In this document: one piece after another, positions 1-7,849 of the stretch
Position numbering within the stretch: position 1 is the first letter of the stretch
Layout: each line of letters starts with the position of its first letter
DNA from: Oligoflexales bacterium
GTDB taxonomy: Bacteria > Bdellovibrionota_B > Oligoflexia > Oligoflexales > CAIYRB01
Direction of reading: 5' to 3'
Length of the DNA: 64,000 bases
Assembly: GCA_041736175.1 (NCBI GenBank)
Contig: JBGSUI010000147.1
Location: forward strand, 1-64,000
Notes under the pieces: model-generated
Told to the model about the DNA's origin: nothing
What the model saw: only the letters and a program-made list of their open reading frames with translations
The model's database searches: none
Translations under genes and position numbers: made by a program

Positions 1-2
1 GC

Positions 3-185
3 GAAATTGGCGTTAGTAAGCAGGCATTATTTAATTGGATGAATGCTAGTAGTCTCCCGACTTCTAAGCACGCGGTAAATATTATGCAAGTTATGCAATG
101 CTCATCTGTAGAGCTTGTAAAGGCTTTGGAAGACAATTTTCAGTATCCAAAGCTTAAGATGCTAGAAGAATTGAAGGAAGCTTAA
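3..185 (+). CDS. XRE/Cro-type helix-turn-helix protein, 5'-truncated by window edge
   Basis: Manual translation of frame 3 is open from base 3 to TAA at 183-185: EIGVSKQALFNWMNASSLPTSKHAVNIMQVMQCSSVELV..., which has the xGVSxxxxxxW pattern of XRE HTH recognition helices. Not in the ORF track. Confidence 0.7.
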   Translation, partial: EIGVSKQALFNWMNASSLPTSKHAVNIMQVMQCSSVELVKALEDNFQYPKLKMLEELKEA

Positions 186-258
186 GAAACCCTAAAGATG
201 TGTGGAAGACCTTTTAACGACTTTCCAAACATATCTTTCAACAACATTATGGGAAATC

Positions 259-468
259 TTAAGCGGATTTTTTACGGGAAACCTTCCTATTTTTTGTTAG
301 CTGTGGAGCCATCTCTTGTGCTGCTAGGATCTCAATGCCCAGCACTCTGCCATTTTTATCAAAATCCACCAGCATACCGGGACAAAACTCAACTGTCTTG
401 GCCACCTTGCCAAGATGCAATTGCACATAGGCAACATCTAACTCTTTGTTAATAGTTGTTTTTTGCAT
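259..468 (-). CDS. DUF2283-like small protein (putative antitoxin)
   Basis: DVAYVQL...TVEFCPGMLVDFDKNGRVLGIEIL matches the DUF2283 pattern (DxxYi...vDfDxxGrvvGiEi). It lies directly downstream of a DUF4258-like gene. Confidence 0.8.
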   Translation of the reverse strand: MQKTTINKELDVAYVQLHLGKVAKTVEFCPGMLVDFDKNGRVLGIEILAAQEMAPQLTKNRKVSRKKSA

Positions 469-472
469 AGGC

Positions 473-700
473 TCAATCTTTCCAATAAGCTGTAACGATA
501 AGAACGCCCAGTTTAACTTCTATATATATGACAACCAACTTGCGTCCTTCGACAAGTAACTCGTTGATTTTGCGGCCTCTAACATCGAATCCGACTAATT
601 TACCCTTAATAATACACCGTCGAACCAATCTACGAGTAATTTGACGCTGTTTGAGTCGTTGCGTGGCATGTATAGAAACTTCAAGCTTAAATGGGCTCAA
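473..700 (-). CDS. DUF4258-like small protein (putative RNase-fold toxin)
   Basis: SIHATQRLKQRQIT...LVVIY...LIVTAYW matches the DUF4258 pattern (sxHAxxRmxxRxI...ivTay). TTG start with a GGAGA SD upstream. Confidence 0.75.
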   Translation of the reverse strand: MSPFKLEVSIHATQRLKQRQITRRLVRRCIIKGKLVGFDVRGRKINELLVEGRKLVVIYIEVKLGVLIVTAYWKD

Positions 701-716
701 TCGATACTCTCCCTAA

Positions 717-1415
717 TTATAGCAGAATACTTCGACCTTTCCTGGGGGCCCGCTTGGTCCTTTCCTGGGACGCCTCCCGCCGCCATGCGGCGATTTCGCC
801 GTGGTGGCCATTCATAAGGACGGCAGGCACAGGGGCAGACTCAAACACGGGTGGCCTCGTATAGAGAGGGTGTTCGAGTCCATAGTCGAAACTCGCTGAA
901 AAAGATTCTAAGGCCGCACTTTCTTCATGACCAAGTGCTCCTGGGATCAACCGAATCATGGACTCGATCATAAGCATGGCCGGCAACTCCCCTCCCGCCA
1001 GAATCACATCTCCCACCGAATACTCATAATCCACGTAGTGGTCGATAAATCGCTGGTCAACACCGGCAAAACGCCCACAAACAAAAATCAGCGAGTCCTC
1101 ACGACTTTGGTGGGCCTCACTGTGGCGCTGGGTCCAATGCTGACCCCCTGGGCTCAGGTACACTACTTTTGCTGAGGGATCATGGGACCGGATCCCGCTT
1201 ACCGCCGCAGCCAGGGGCTCTGGTCTAAGCACCATCCCCTCACCTCCCCCATAGGGCCTGTCATCGATAGAGCCATGTTTGTCGACAGCAAAATCCCTCA
1301 GGTCCACTGGTTTTACGTGGGCAAGCCCTAAGGTCTCGACCCTCTTAAAGGTCCCAAAGGTGGCGATATTTTCAATAAGCCGCGGGTGAATCGTAATGAC
1401 ATAAAAGGTCCTCAC
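717..1415 (-). CDS. trmD: tRNA (guanine37-N1)-methyltransferase
   Basis: Motifs DDRPYGGGEGMV, YLSPGG, CGRFAGVDQR, SVGDVILAGGE, LEHPLYTRP. Context rpsP-rimM-trmD. Confidence 0.97.
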   Translation of the reverse strand: MRTFYVITIHPRLIENIATFGTFKRVETLGLAHVKPVDLRDFAVDKHGSIDDRPYGGGEGMVLRPEPLAAAVSGIRSHDPSAKVVYLSPGGQHWTQRHSEAHQSREDSLIFVCGRFAGVDQRFIDHYVDYEYSVGDVILAGGELPAMLMIESMIRLIPGALGHEESAALESFSASFDYGLEHPLYTRPPVFESAPVPAVLMNGHHGEIAAWRREASQERTKRAPRKGRSILL

Positions 1416-2020
1416 GGCACGGGCCCCGCAGAGAGGTCGGTCCGGGGATTGGGTGCACCACTCAGAAGTGGGCTTATAAAATCCAGGGTCACCTTGAGAG
1501 CTACCGCTTGTCGGGGATCTGAGGGCATTTTCTTAAGGTCTATAAAATCATCGATAAGAGGTATATCTAAAGGGTCGACGCCCTCAAGAGACATCACATC
1601 GCTGGCCCCAGCACAGTAAAGATGGTCAACGGTACCGAGATAAACCCCGTCCGCTGACTCCACGCGCCGGCCTTTAAGATCATCCCAGTAGACAACCCCT
1701 TCCTCAGGCTTTGAGATCCGCCTTTGGGTGGGAACCCCGATCGAGGCACCACGCCAAAACTCGATATCAGTACGGGAAGCACCCAAATCCGTCAGCACCA
1801 CCACTTCATCCTTGTGCCATCGGCAATCGAGGATTTTGAGGGGCACCCATCGGTCTAGGGGATTTCTCTTTATAAAGAGATCTGCAAACTCCCTAGGGAT
1901 CAGGTCATCTCTCCCTTGCAGGTAGAACCAACCCTTAAGCCCTAGGGGCTTTCCGACCTTTCCAAGAACAACGTAGTCCTTAGAAAGATCCTCTGGACGA
2001 TGATTAGGCTTTGGTCCCAG
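1412..2020 (-). CDS. rimM: 16S rRNA processing protein RimM (start probably CTG at 2020; ORF track starts late at GTG 1846)
   Basis: C-terminal PRC-barrel motif YWDDLKGRRVESADGVYLGTV...GASDV...IPLI. The frame stays open upstream of 1846 and encodes the RimM N-terminal motif YVVLGKVGKPLGLKGWF. Lies between rpsP and trmD. Confidence 0.9.
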   Translation of the reverse strand: MGPKPNHRPEDLSKDYVVLGKVGKPLGLKGWFYLQGRDDLIPREFADLFIKRNPLDRWVPLKILDCRWHKDEVVVLTDLGASRTDIEFWRGASIGVPTQRRISKPEEGVVYWDDLKGRRVESADGVYLGTVDHLYCAGASDVMSLEGVDPLDIPLIDDFIDLKKMPSDPRQAVALKVTLDFISPLLSGAPNPRTDLSAGPVP

Positions 2021-2276
2021 TCTTGAATCGCTCCAGTTTAACTTTTTTTAGCTTCAGGATCTTGGTCACTGCGGCGCTTATCTCTGCACCGTGTCCGTAC
2101 CAATATTGAATCCGATCTTCTTTGATTTCGAATTTTGATTCATTGGACATGGGATCATAAGTCCCTAACTTCTCTACAAAACGACCATCGCGACGCATTT
2201 TATGGTCTGCGGCTACTAGATGGTAAAAGGGTCTATTGCGGGTACCGTGTCTGGTAAGACGAATTTGAACTGCCAT
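2004..2276 (-). CDS. rpsP: 30S ribosomal protein S16
   Basis: MAVQIRLTRHG..NRPFYHLVAAD...RDGRFVEKLGTYDP is typical S16. Confidence 0.98.
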   Translation of the reverse strand: MAVQIRLTRHGTRNRPFYHLVAADHKMRRDGRFVEKLGTYDPMSNESKFEIKEDRIQYWYGHGAEISAAVTKILKLKKVKLERFKTGTKA

Positions 2277-2407
2277 GGCTCCTCCGAAAACCTCCGAAAC
2301 TCCTAACCATAAGGAACAGGGTGTGTAACATAGTTCTCCCTCCCCGGTCTATGATTTTTCACCTGGCGACTTTTCCATGGCCTCCTCGGGGGAGCCCTCC
2401 CTGGGTT

Positions 2408-2878
2408 CTACCGATCCAAGAAGACAAAAAAGGCTTCGGAAATCACATGAAGTGTGGAGGAGCAGTTGGGACACACCCTTGTGGGTAGCCCCCCTCCTTG
2501 GCGCAGGTCTGCTTCGATGGGTGCCAGTTCTTCTAGAACTTCTTCATCATGGGGGCAGGACCGGCACTCAAAGGGGACATAAAGACTTTTGATTTTGTAA
2601 CTATGGGAACTCGTCCCGAGAAGAGCGGGAATCATGTTAAACTGATCGATCAACTCGCAGGGGCATTCCTGATACACGAGTTCTTTGGACCCCCAGCGGG
2701 ATAAAAACAGCAATAGGTTGCGCACACCGGAAGAATTAAACCGAGTGACCCCTTTAAAGTTTAGATAAAGTGGTTCTGGCTGATTGAGCAAACTAGATAA
2801 GTTGGCAACTTCGTCCATAACTCCGGAGAGGTAGACAACACCTTCCCGGACCTCTAGTGTGATGCCTTGATCAGCCAT
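2408..2878 (-). CDS. STAS-like domain protein with C-terminal CxxC..CxxC zinc ribbon
   Basis: N-terminal LSGVMDE...LNFKGVTRFNSSGVRNL resembles a STAS/anti-anti-sigma fold. C-terminal CRSC and CPNC. Confidence 0.65.
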   Translation of the reverse strand: MADQGITLEVREGVVYLSGVMDEVANLSSLLNQPEPLYLNFKGVTRFNSSGVRNLLLFLSRWGSKELVYQECPCELIDQFNMIPALLGTSSHSYKIKSLYVPFECRSCPHDEEVLEELAPIEADLRQGGGLPTRVCPNCSSTLHVISEAFFVFLDR

Positions 2879-2994
2879 TTGAATCCTCGTATGATACTAA
2901 GATAAGATACGGCGAAAACAGAAAATTGCCAAGTAACAGTTTTTTTTAAATCGCGAGTCTACGGGGCGCGTCGATCAAGGATAAAGGTCCACCT

Positions 2995-3963
2995 GTGCAA
3001 GTTAAATTTTGGGGAACAAGAGGGTCACTTCCGGTTGGGGTCAACCACCAAAAAGCCCTAGATTTTATCGAAGAACTTGCCGTCCAAGCCCAAAAAATGG
3101 GGGTGGAAAGACTCCGAGACTTTACCGAAAATCTCAAGTCCGGAAAACTCGGTCTCCCCCTCCTGTTTGGCGGCAACACCACCTGCACCGAAGTGATCCA
3201 CGAGACCTCCAGCCTTTACATCGATATGGGTTCTGGTTTAAGGGAGGCTGGGACCCAAGCCATGCAACAGGGTATTAAGGAGTTTTCGATCCTGATGACC
3301 CATATGCATTGGGATCATGTGATGGGCATGCCATTTTTTATTCCTGTCCATGTCCCAGGCCATAAAATCAATATCTATCACGTCCACAAAAATGCTCCCG
3401 AATATATCAAAATCAATTTTAATGGAGTCAACTTCCCCCTCACCTGGGACCAACTCAGAGGCCAAGTAGTCTTTCATCAGCTAAAACTCTACCAATCCAC
3501 CCAAATTGGCTCCTTAAAATTTACCCCCTTTGTCTTGGACCACCCGGGAGGGTCGTTTGGATACCGTATCGAAGCTGGCGGCAAATCCTGTGGGATTGGT
3601 GTCGACAGTGAGTACAAAAGGCTCTCGCGGGAAGAGCTAGGCAAGGATCTACCCTATTACCAAAATCTCGATATGCTGCTCTTTGATGCCCAGTACGAAA
3701 TGTCCGAATTAGCGACCCGCTTTGATTGGGGGCATTGCAGTCCAAACATCGGAGTGGATTTAGCCCTCAGAGAAAAAATTAAGTGCCTGATCTTTACCCA
3801 CCATGACCCATGGTCTGCGGAGGATAAGTTACGCCGGATGCATGCCAACGCGACCGCCTATCTTAAATCCCAATTCGATGCCTACAGCAAAGAGTGGGAA
3901 TCGATACAAGCTGATGGACCAACGCTCAAAATGGCGTATGATGGGCTCACAGTGACCCTTTAA
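2995..3963 (+). CDS. MBL-fold metallohydrolase (phosphodiesterase-like)
   Basis: FWGTRGSLP, GGNTTC, THMHWDH (HxHxDH), HPGGSFGYR, DAQY, WGH, THHDP. Confidence 0.9.
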   Translation: MQVKFWGTRGSLPVGVNHQKALDFIEELAVQAQKMGVERLRDFTENLKSGKLGLPLLFGGNTTCTEVIHETSSLYIDMGSGLREAGTQAMQQGIKEFSILMTHMHWDHVMGMPFFIPVHVPGHKINIYHVHKNAPEYIKINFNGVNFPLTWDQLRGQVVFHQLKLYQSTQIGSLKFTPFVLDHPGGSFGYRIEAGGKSCGIGVDSEYKRLSREELGKDLPYYQNLDMLLFDAQYEMSELATRFDWGHCSPNIGVDLALREKIKCLIFTHHDPWSAEDKLRRMHANATAYLKSQFDAYSKEWESIQADGPTLKMAYDGLTVTL

Positions 3964-4012
3964 CCGTCATCTGTAAAAGCTAAGGGACCATCAGGCTTGG
4001 AGGATCAAGAGA

Positions 4013-5350
4013 ATGATCTTATGGTTTTTTAATTCCGATTCCTACAGAAGACCTATGTCCCAGCAGCAAAGATGGATCCATTGGTGGATCTTAAGCTTAT
4101 TAGCATGCCTCGTGATAACCGTACCGGCCTTTGGTTTTATCATCGATGTCTCTGGAACTTTACCGGTCCAGTCCAGCGCGTCCCAGTTCACCTTTAAGAC
4201 GACCATTCGCGAAGTCCAGCCGGCAGAGATCCCCCCCGACCTTAAAGCCATAGAGACTTACCTAAGTGTTTATATAAATGGCAACAGCAACCCAGTCCCG
4301 CTGGAAACCGAGGAGATTGGAACTCGAGATCCCAAGTACTTTGTGCGCTATATTACCAGCTCTTCAACAGCCACGACCGTCGGCACGACGTTAGAGATCG
4401 AACTGGAAATCTTTAAGCGTGACGGCTCATCGATTTACTCTGAATCCCAAGGCGACAAGGTCAATGTCAAAGTCCGCTTTAAAGAAAAAGACTCCAATGA
4501 CACCCCCCTTACCAGAGAAAATATCGTCTATATCGAGGCACCAAGCTTTACCATGCCTGCAGCGATCCTTGGCAGCCAAAAATCTTTAACCATCTTTTTA
4601 GAGCCAAAAGCCGAAATCGCCACCCTTGACAAAGACAACACCCGCAAAAATCGCACCAGTCCTCCGGTCTATGTTTATGCCTTCCAAGCCGTACAACCAC
4701 CATTGACCCTAACGCTGCCCGCAAAAATCTATGACCCCAAAAGTTTTACTCACCGAGATACGACCTGCACCCTATCCACTCCCGACTCCAATAGTGGACC
4801 GTGCCTTACGTCGTGTCAGGAAGAAAATGCCGATAAAACCAACGTGTATCTAAACCACCAGGCGATTACCACCGAACAGTTTCCCGAACTCCTCAAAGTA
4901 AAGGCTGGCTTTAAGCCTAGCCAGGTCAATCTCACCGGCCTAGAAAACCAAAAAAAATACTTTGTTTTCCTAGCCTACGAAGGAGGCACAAAGGTCTCAG
5001 AATGCCTTGTGGGCGAGCCGAGTATTAACTTTACCATGACAGAACTAAACGGTGAGGCCGAAGCCACGGTGGTCGATATGCGATGTTTTATCGCAACAGC
5101 CACCTACGGATCCCCTCTTGCTGAGCAAGTAGAGGTCTTTCGCTGGTACCGTGATGCCGTCCTGAGTGTATCTCCCTTAGGTCGGGGTATCATCGATCTC
5201 TATTACTATTTGAGCCCGCCCTTAGCCCAATTCATCGTCGATCACCCATCCTTTAAAGCTTTAGCCCAGACCATCCTAGACCCACTCGCTCAGCGGCTCA
5301 CTCGAATCCAACAGGAGTATGACTCCAGCAAAGACGGTCAAGGAAATTAG
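4013..5350 (+). CDS. Secreted protein with C-terminal CFI-box-CTERM-type sorting domain
   Basis: Hydrophobic signal-like segment near the N-terminus. C-terminal RCFIATATYGSPLAEQVEVFRWYRDAVL...GRGIIDLYYYLSPPLA. The start may be ATG 4055. Confidence 0.8.
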   Translation: MILWFFNSDSYRRPMSQQQRWIHWWILSLLACLVITVPAFGFIIDVSGTLPVQSSASQFTFKTTIREVQPAEIPPDLKAIETYLSVYINGNSNPVPLETEEIGTRDPKYFVRYITSSSTATTVGTTLEIELEIFKRDGSSIYSESQGDKVNVKVRFKEKDSNDTPLTRENIVYIEAPSFTMPAAILGSQKSLTIFLEPKAEIATLDKDNTRKNRTSPPVYVYAFQAVQPPLTLTLPAKIYDPKSFTHRDTTCTLSTPDSNSGPCLTSCQEENADKTNVYLNHQAITTEQFPELLKVKAGFKPSQVNLTGLENQKKYFVFLAYEGGTKVSECLVGEPSINFTMTELNGEAEATVVDMRCFIATATYGSPLAEQVEVFRWYRDAVLSVSPLGRGIIDLYYYLSPPLAQFIVDHPSFKALAQTILDPLAQRLTRIQQEYDSSKDGQGN

Positions 5351-5351
5351 T

Positions 5352-6035
5352 ATGAATAGGCGACAAAACTACCGTTACCTGGATTTTGTGATGGCAGGGT
5401 TTGTCACAGTCCTTCTATGTAGTAACCTTATCGGTGCTGGTAAAGTCGTATCGGTCTATGGATTTGTCTTTGGGTGTGGCAATCTTTTTTTTCCACTTTC
5501 TTATCTCTTTGGAGATATCCTCACCGAAGTCTACGGCTACGCCGTTTCGCGACGGGTGGTCTGGACTGGGTTTTGCGCACTGATCTTTGCCTCGCTTATG
5601 AGCTATGTGGTGGTCGCACTTCCCCCTGCTCCTGGTTGGCATAACCAAGCTGCGATCGAGGCGATCTTTGGGGCCACTCCCAGGGTTGTTATGGCGTCGA
5701 TGGTAGCCTATTTTTGTGGAGAGTTTACCAACTCACTTGTCCTCGCCAAGCTCAAAATCAAGACCCAGGGAAGATGGCTCTTTTTGCGAACCATAGGTTC
5801 TACGATCGTGGGTGAAGCCGTCGATTCGGTGATCTTTTATCCCTTAGCCTTTTGGGGAGTCTTTGCAGACGAACTCGTCCTCAAAATGGCCCTTGGCAGC
5901 TATGGGATCAAAGTAGGGTGGGAGGTTATCGCTACGCCTCTGACTTACAAAGTCGTCACTTGGCTCAAAAAGGCCGAACAAGAGGACTATTACGACCACA
6001 ACACCAAGTTTACGCCATTTTCCTTGGACACCTAA
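5352..6035 (+). CDS. Queuosine precursor transporter (YhhQ/Vut_1 family)
   Basis: Membrane protein with FPLSYLFGDILTEVYGY, RVVMASMVAYFCGEFTN, RTIGSTIVGEAVDS. ATG 5352 follows AGGAAA. Confidence 0.9.
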   Translation: MNRRQNYRYLDFVMAGFVTVLLCSNLIGAGKVVSVYGFVFGCGNLFFPLSYLFGDILTEVYGYAVSRRVVWTGFCALIFASLMSYVVVALPPAPGWHNQAAIEAIFGATPRVVMASMVAYFCGEFTNSLVLAKLKIKTQGRWLFLRTIGSTIVGEAVDSVIFYPLAFWGVFADELVLKMALGSYGIKVGWEVIATPLTYKVVTWLKKAEQEDYYDHNTKFTPFSLDT

Positions 6036-6074
6036 AGGAACTCCTAAAAACCCTCTAAGAGAAAGATCCTATCC

Positions 6075-6866
6075 ATGCCGCTTTTTTCTCGTCCGTCCAT
6101 TGACCTCTGGTACCAAACGACTGGTCTCGGTGACGGGATCCCCGTCCTAGGGATTATGGGACTGGCGGCCCACGCTGATTATTGGTCACCGACCTTTTTA
6201 AACACGATAGGCCAAGAGCGGCCCTTTGTCTCTTTTGACAATCGAGGCTGCGCCCGTAGCACCGGGTCCTGTGAGGACCTCGACATGGCCGTCTTAGCGG
6301 ATGATGCCCTCGAGCTGCTTGATCACCTTAAGATCGCCAAAGCCCATGTGATGGGGATATCGATGGGTGGCATGATCGCTCTCACTCTGGCCCTCCGCTA
6401 TCCTTCACGGCTTGCTTCTTTGACCATAGGTTGTTCCACCGCACGTCCCAAAAAATTCAACCTCAATCACCACGCGGTCTCTCCCCTGATGGATAGCTTA
6501 AGACTTGGCGGCAACATTACACCCATCCTCTTTTCCCGACCATTTATGACGAGCCATCCGGATCTTGTAAAAGAATTTGAATCCAGGGTCAACAGCCAAA
6601 CCGTATCTAAAAAAGTCCTTTGGGAGCAAATTAAAGCTTGTTGGTCTTTTGATGTTTTAGACAGGGTTTCGCAAATCAAAGCACCGACACTTATCATGAC
6701 AGGAGACCGAGACGCTCTCATGCCAGCGGAATGTTCCCACGAGCTTGCCCGTGCCATCCCAGGGAGTGTCCTAAAGGTTTTTCCCGGCTCCGGTCATGCC
6801 TTTATTTTAGAAAACCAACCTGCTGTTCTAGAACTTGTGGCTCAACACTGGCGACAAGCCCTTTGA
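6075..6866 (+). CDS. Alpha/beta fold hydrolase
   Basis: FDNRGCARS, nucleophile elbow GISMGG, GDRD, SGH catalytic triad elements. Confidence 0.9.
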   Translation: MPLFSRPSIDLWYQTTGLGDGIPVLGIMGLAAHADYWSPTFLNTIGQERPFVSFDNRGCARSTGSCEDLDMAVLADDALELLDHLKIAKAHVMGISMGGMIALTLALRYPSRLASLTIGCSTARPKKFNLNHHAVSPLMDSLRLGGNITPILFSRPFMTSHPDLVKEFESRVNSQTVSKKVLWEQIKACWSFDVLDRVSQIKAPTLIMTGDRDALMPAECSHELARAIPGSVLKVFPGSGHAFILENQPAVLELVAQHWRQAL

Positions 6867-6888
6867 TTAGCAACACCAAGAACTCTCC

Positions 6889-7215
6889 TTATTTGGAGGT
6901 TTTCCAGAATATTTCATGGTTTTTGTTGATTTCTTGCTTAAAGTACTGGGGTATGGTGGCCCAATCAAAAAAATCCACCAAGATAGGAATGTCACTTTCC
7001 TTGATGGCCTCAATAACCCTCCGCGTCACCGCAAGGGGTTCATCAGGTTTTTGAGAATGGCGGACCACCAAATCAAGATCACTGCCGGCATGATGGTGCG
7101 GGCCCAAGCGGCTGCCATAGGCCAGCACTTCGATACCCTCATCCACAAAATACTTGGTAAAAATGGCCTGAAGAATCTGTGTATATTTTGGATCAATCTG
7201 CAGACGATTGGGCAT
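6889..7215 (-). CDS. Minimal nucleotidyltransferase (MNT) antitoxin
   Basis: YGSRLGPHHHAGSDLDLVV is an exact GSX10DXD motif, followed by IPILVD. Overlaps the HEPN partner. Confidence 0.9.
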   Translation of the reverse strand: MPNRLQIDPKYTQILQAIFTKYFVDEGIEVLAYGSRLGPHHHAGSDLDLVVRHSQKPDEPLAVTRRVIEAIKESDIPILVDFFDWATIPQYFKQEINKNHEIFWKTSK

Positions 7216-7621
7216 GGACCTTATCTCTTAAAATGGCAGTGTCTTCTAAAAATTTAGGGATAAGCTTCACCGTTAATTCTGCAAAGGATTCCCCATAGTC
7301 ATGTGCTGTATTGTTTCGATTGTCTCGGTACTCAAACCATCTTTCTGCTGCTTCTGGCTCTAACAAACCATGCTTGACAGCATGGCGAAACAAATCTTTA
7401 AAGGTAAGCTCATCCGCTTGTTTTGAGGTCGCAAAAAAAGGCTTCAAAATCTTGCGCAAAAGCTTGCCACAAGTTTCTAGAGTTAGCTCAAAGGACTTGA
7501 TGGTTGCGTTCCTGGCAATCTCATAATCTATAGACTCTTTTTCAGCTTTTTCTAACATGGCGTAGGATCGCGTAAGCGTGATGATACATCGATCTAAATG
7601 CTGTGTTGAAAGCGCCATCAA
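7193..7621 (-). CDS. HEPN toxin / HI0074-family nucleotidyltransferase substrate-binding protein
   Basis: ATIKSFELTLE, FKDLFR, and RNNTAHDY (RX4HXY motif). Confidence 0.9.
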   Translation of the reverse strand: MMALSTQHLDRCIITLTRSYAMLEKAEKESIDYEIARNATIKSFELTLETCGKLLRKILKPFFATSKQADELTFKDLFRHAVKHGLLEPEAAERWFEYRDNRNNTAHDYGESFAELTVKLIPKFLEDTAILRDKVHAQSSAD

Positions 7622-7849
7622 GTCTCCTAGCCTAGCAAAGGTTCTTTCTCAGATCAAACCCCTAAGTTATAGATTCGAGTCACCGATTGCTACAAGATAA
7701 ATTTCCAGGTATGGTCACTAGGAACCTTGTACACCATCACAGTGGCGCGACCGACTTCGCGCGGCTGTAAAAAATGGAACTGCTTATTCGGGTATCAGCA
7801 TATCCGCCTAGGTGGCCCTCCGTTCAAACCCAAGTCAGAGGTCGATCTC

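Noticed and set aside
5250..5351. preQ1 riboswitch before the queuosine precursor transporter
   Set aside because: The region is the coding 3' end of the upstream gene and shows no recognisable preQ1 aptamer.
7684..7695. 12-mer CGATTGCTACAA also found at 32624-32635, as possible att sites
   Set aside because: Many chance 12-mer repeats are expected in 64 kb, and no integrase is adjacent.
7622..7849. Guanidine riboswitch or sigma54/NtrC promoter upstream of urea carboxylase
   Set aside because: A GCGCGA/TCGCGC hairpin and TGGAAC-N5-ATTC are present. There are no paired ACGR loops or ykkC-type motifs, and the -12 GC is missing.
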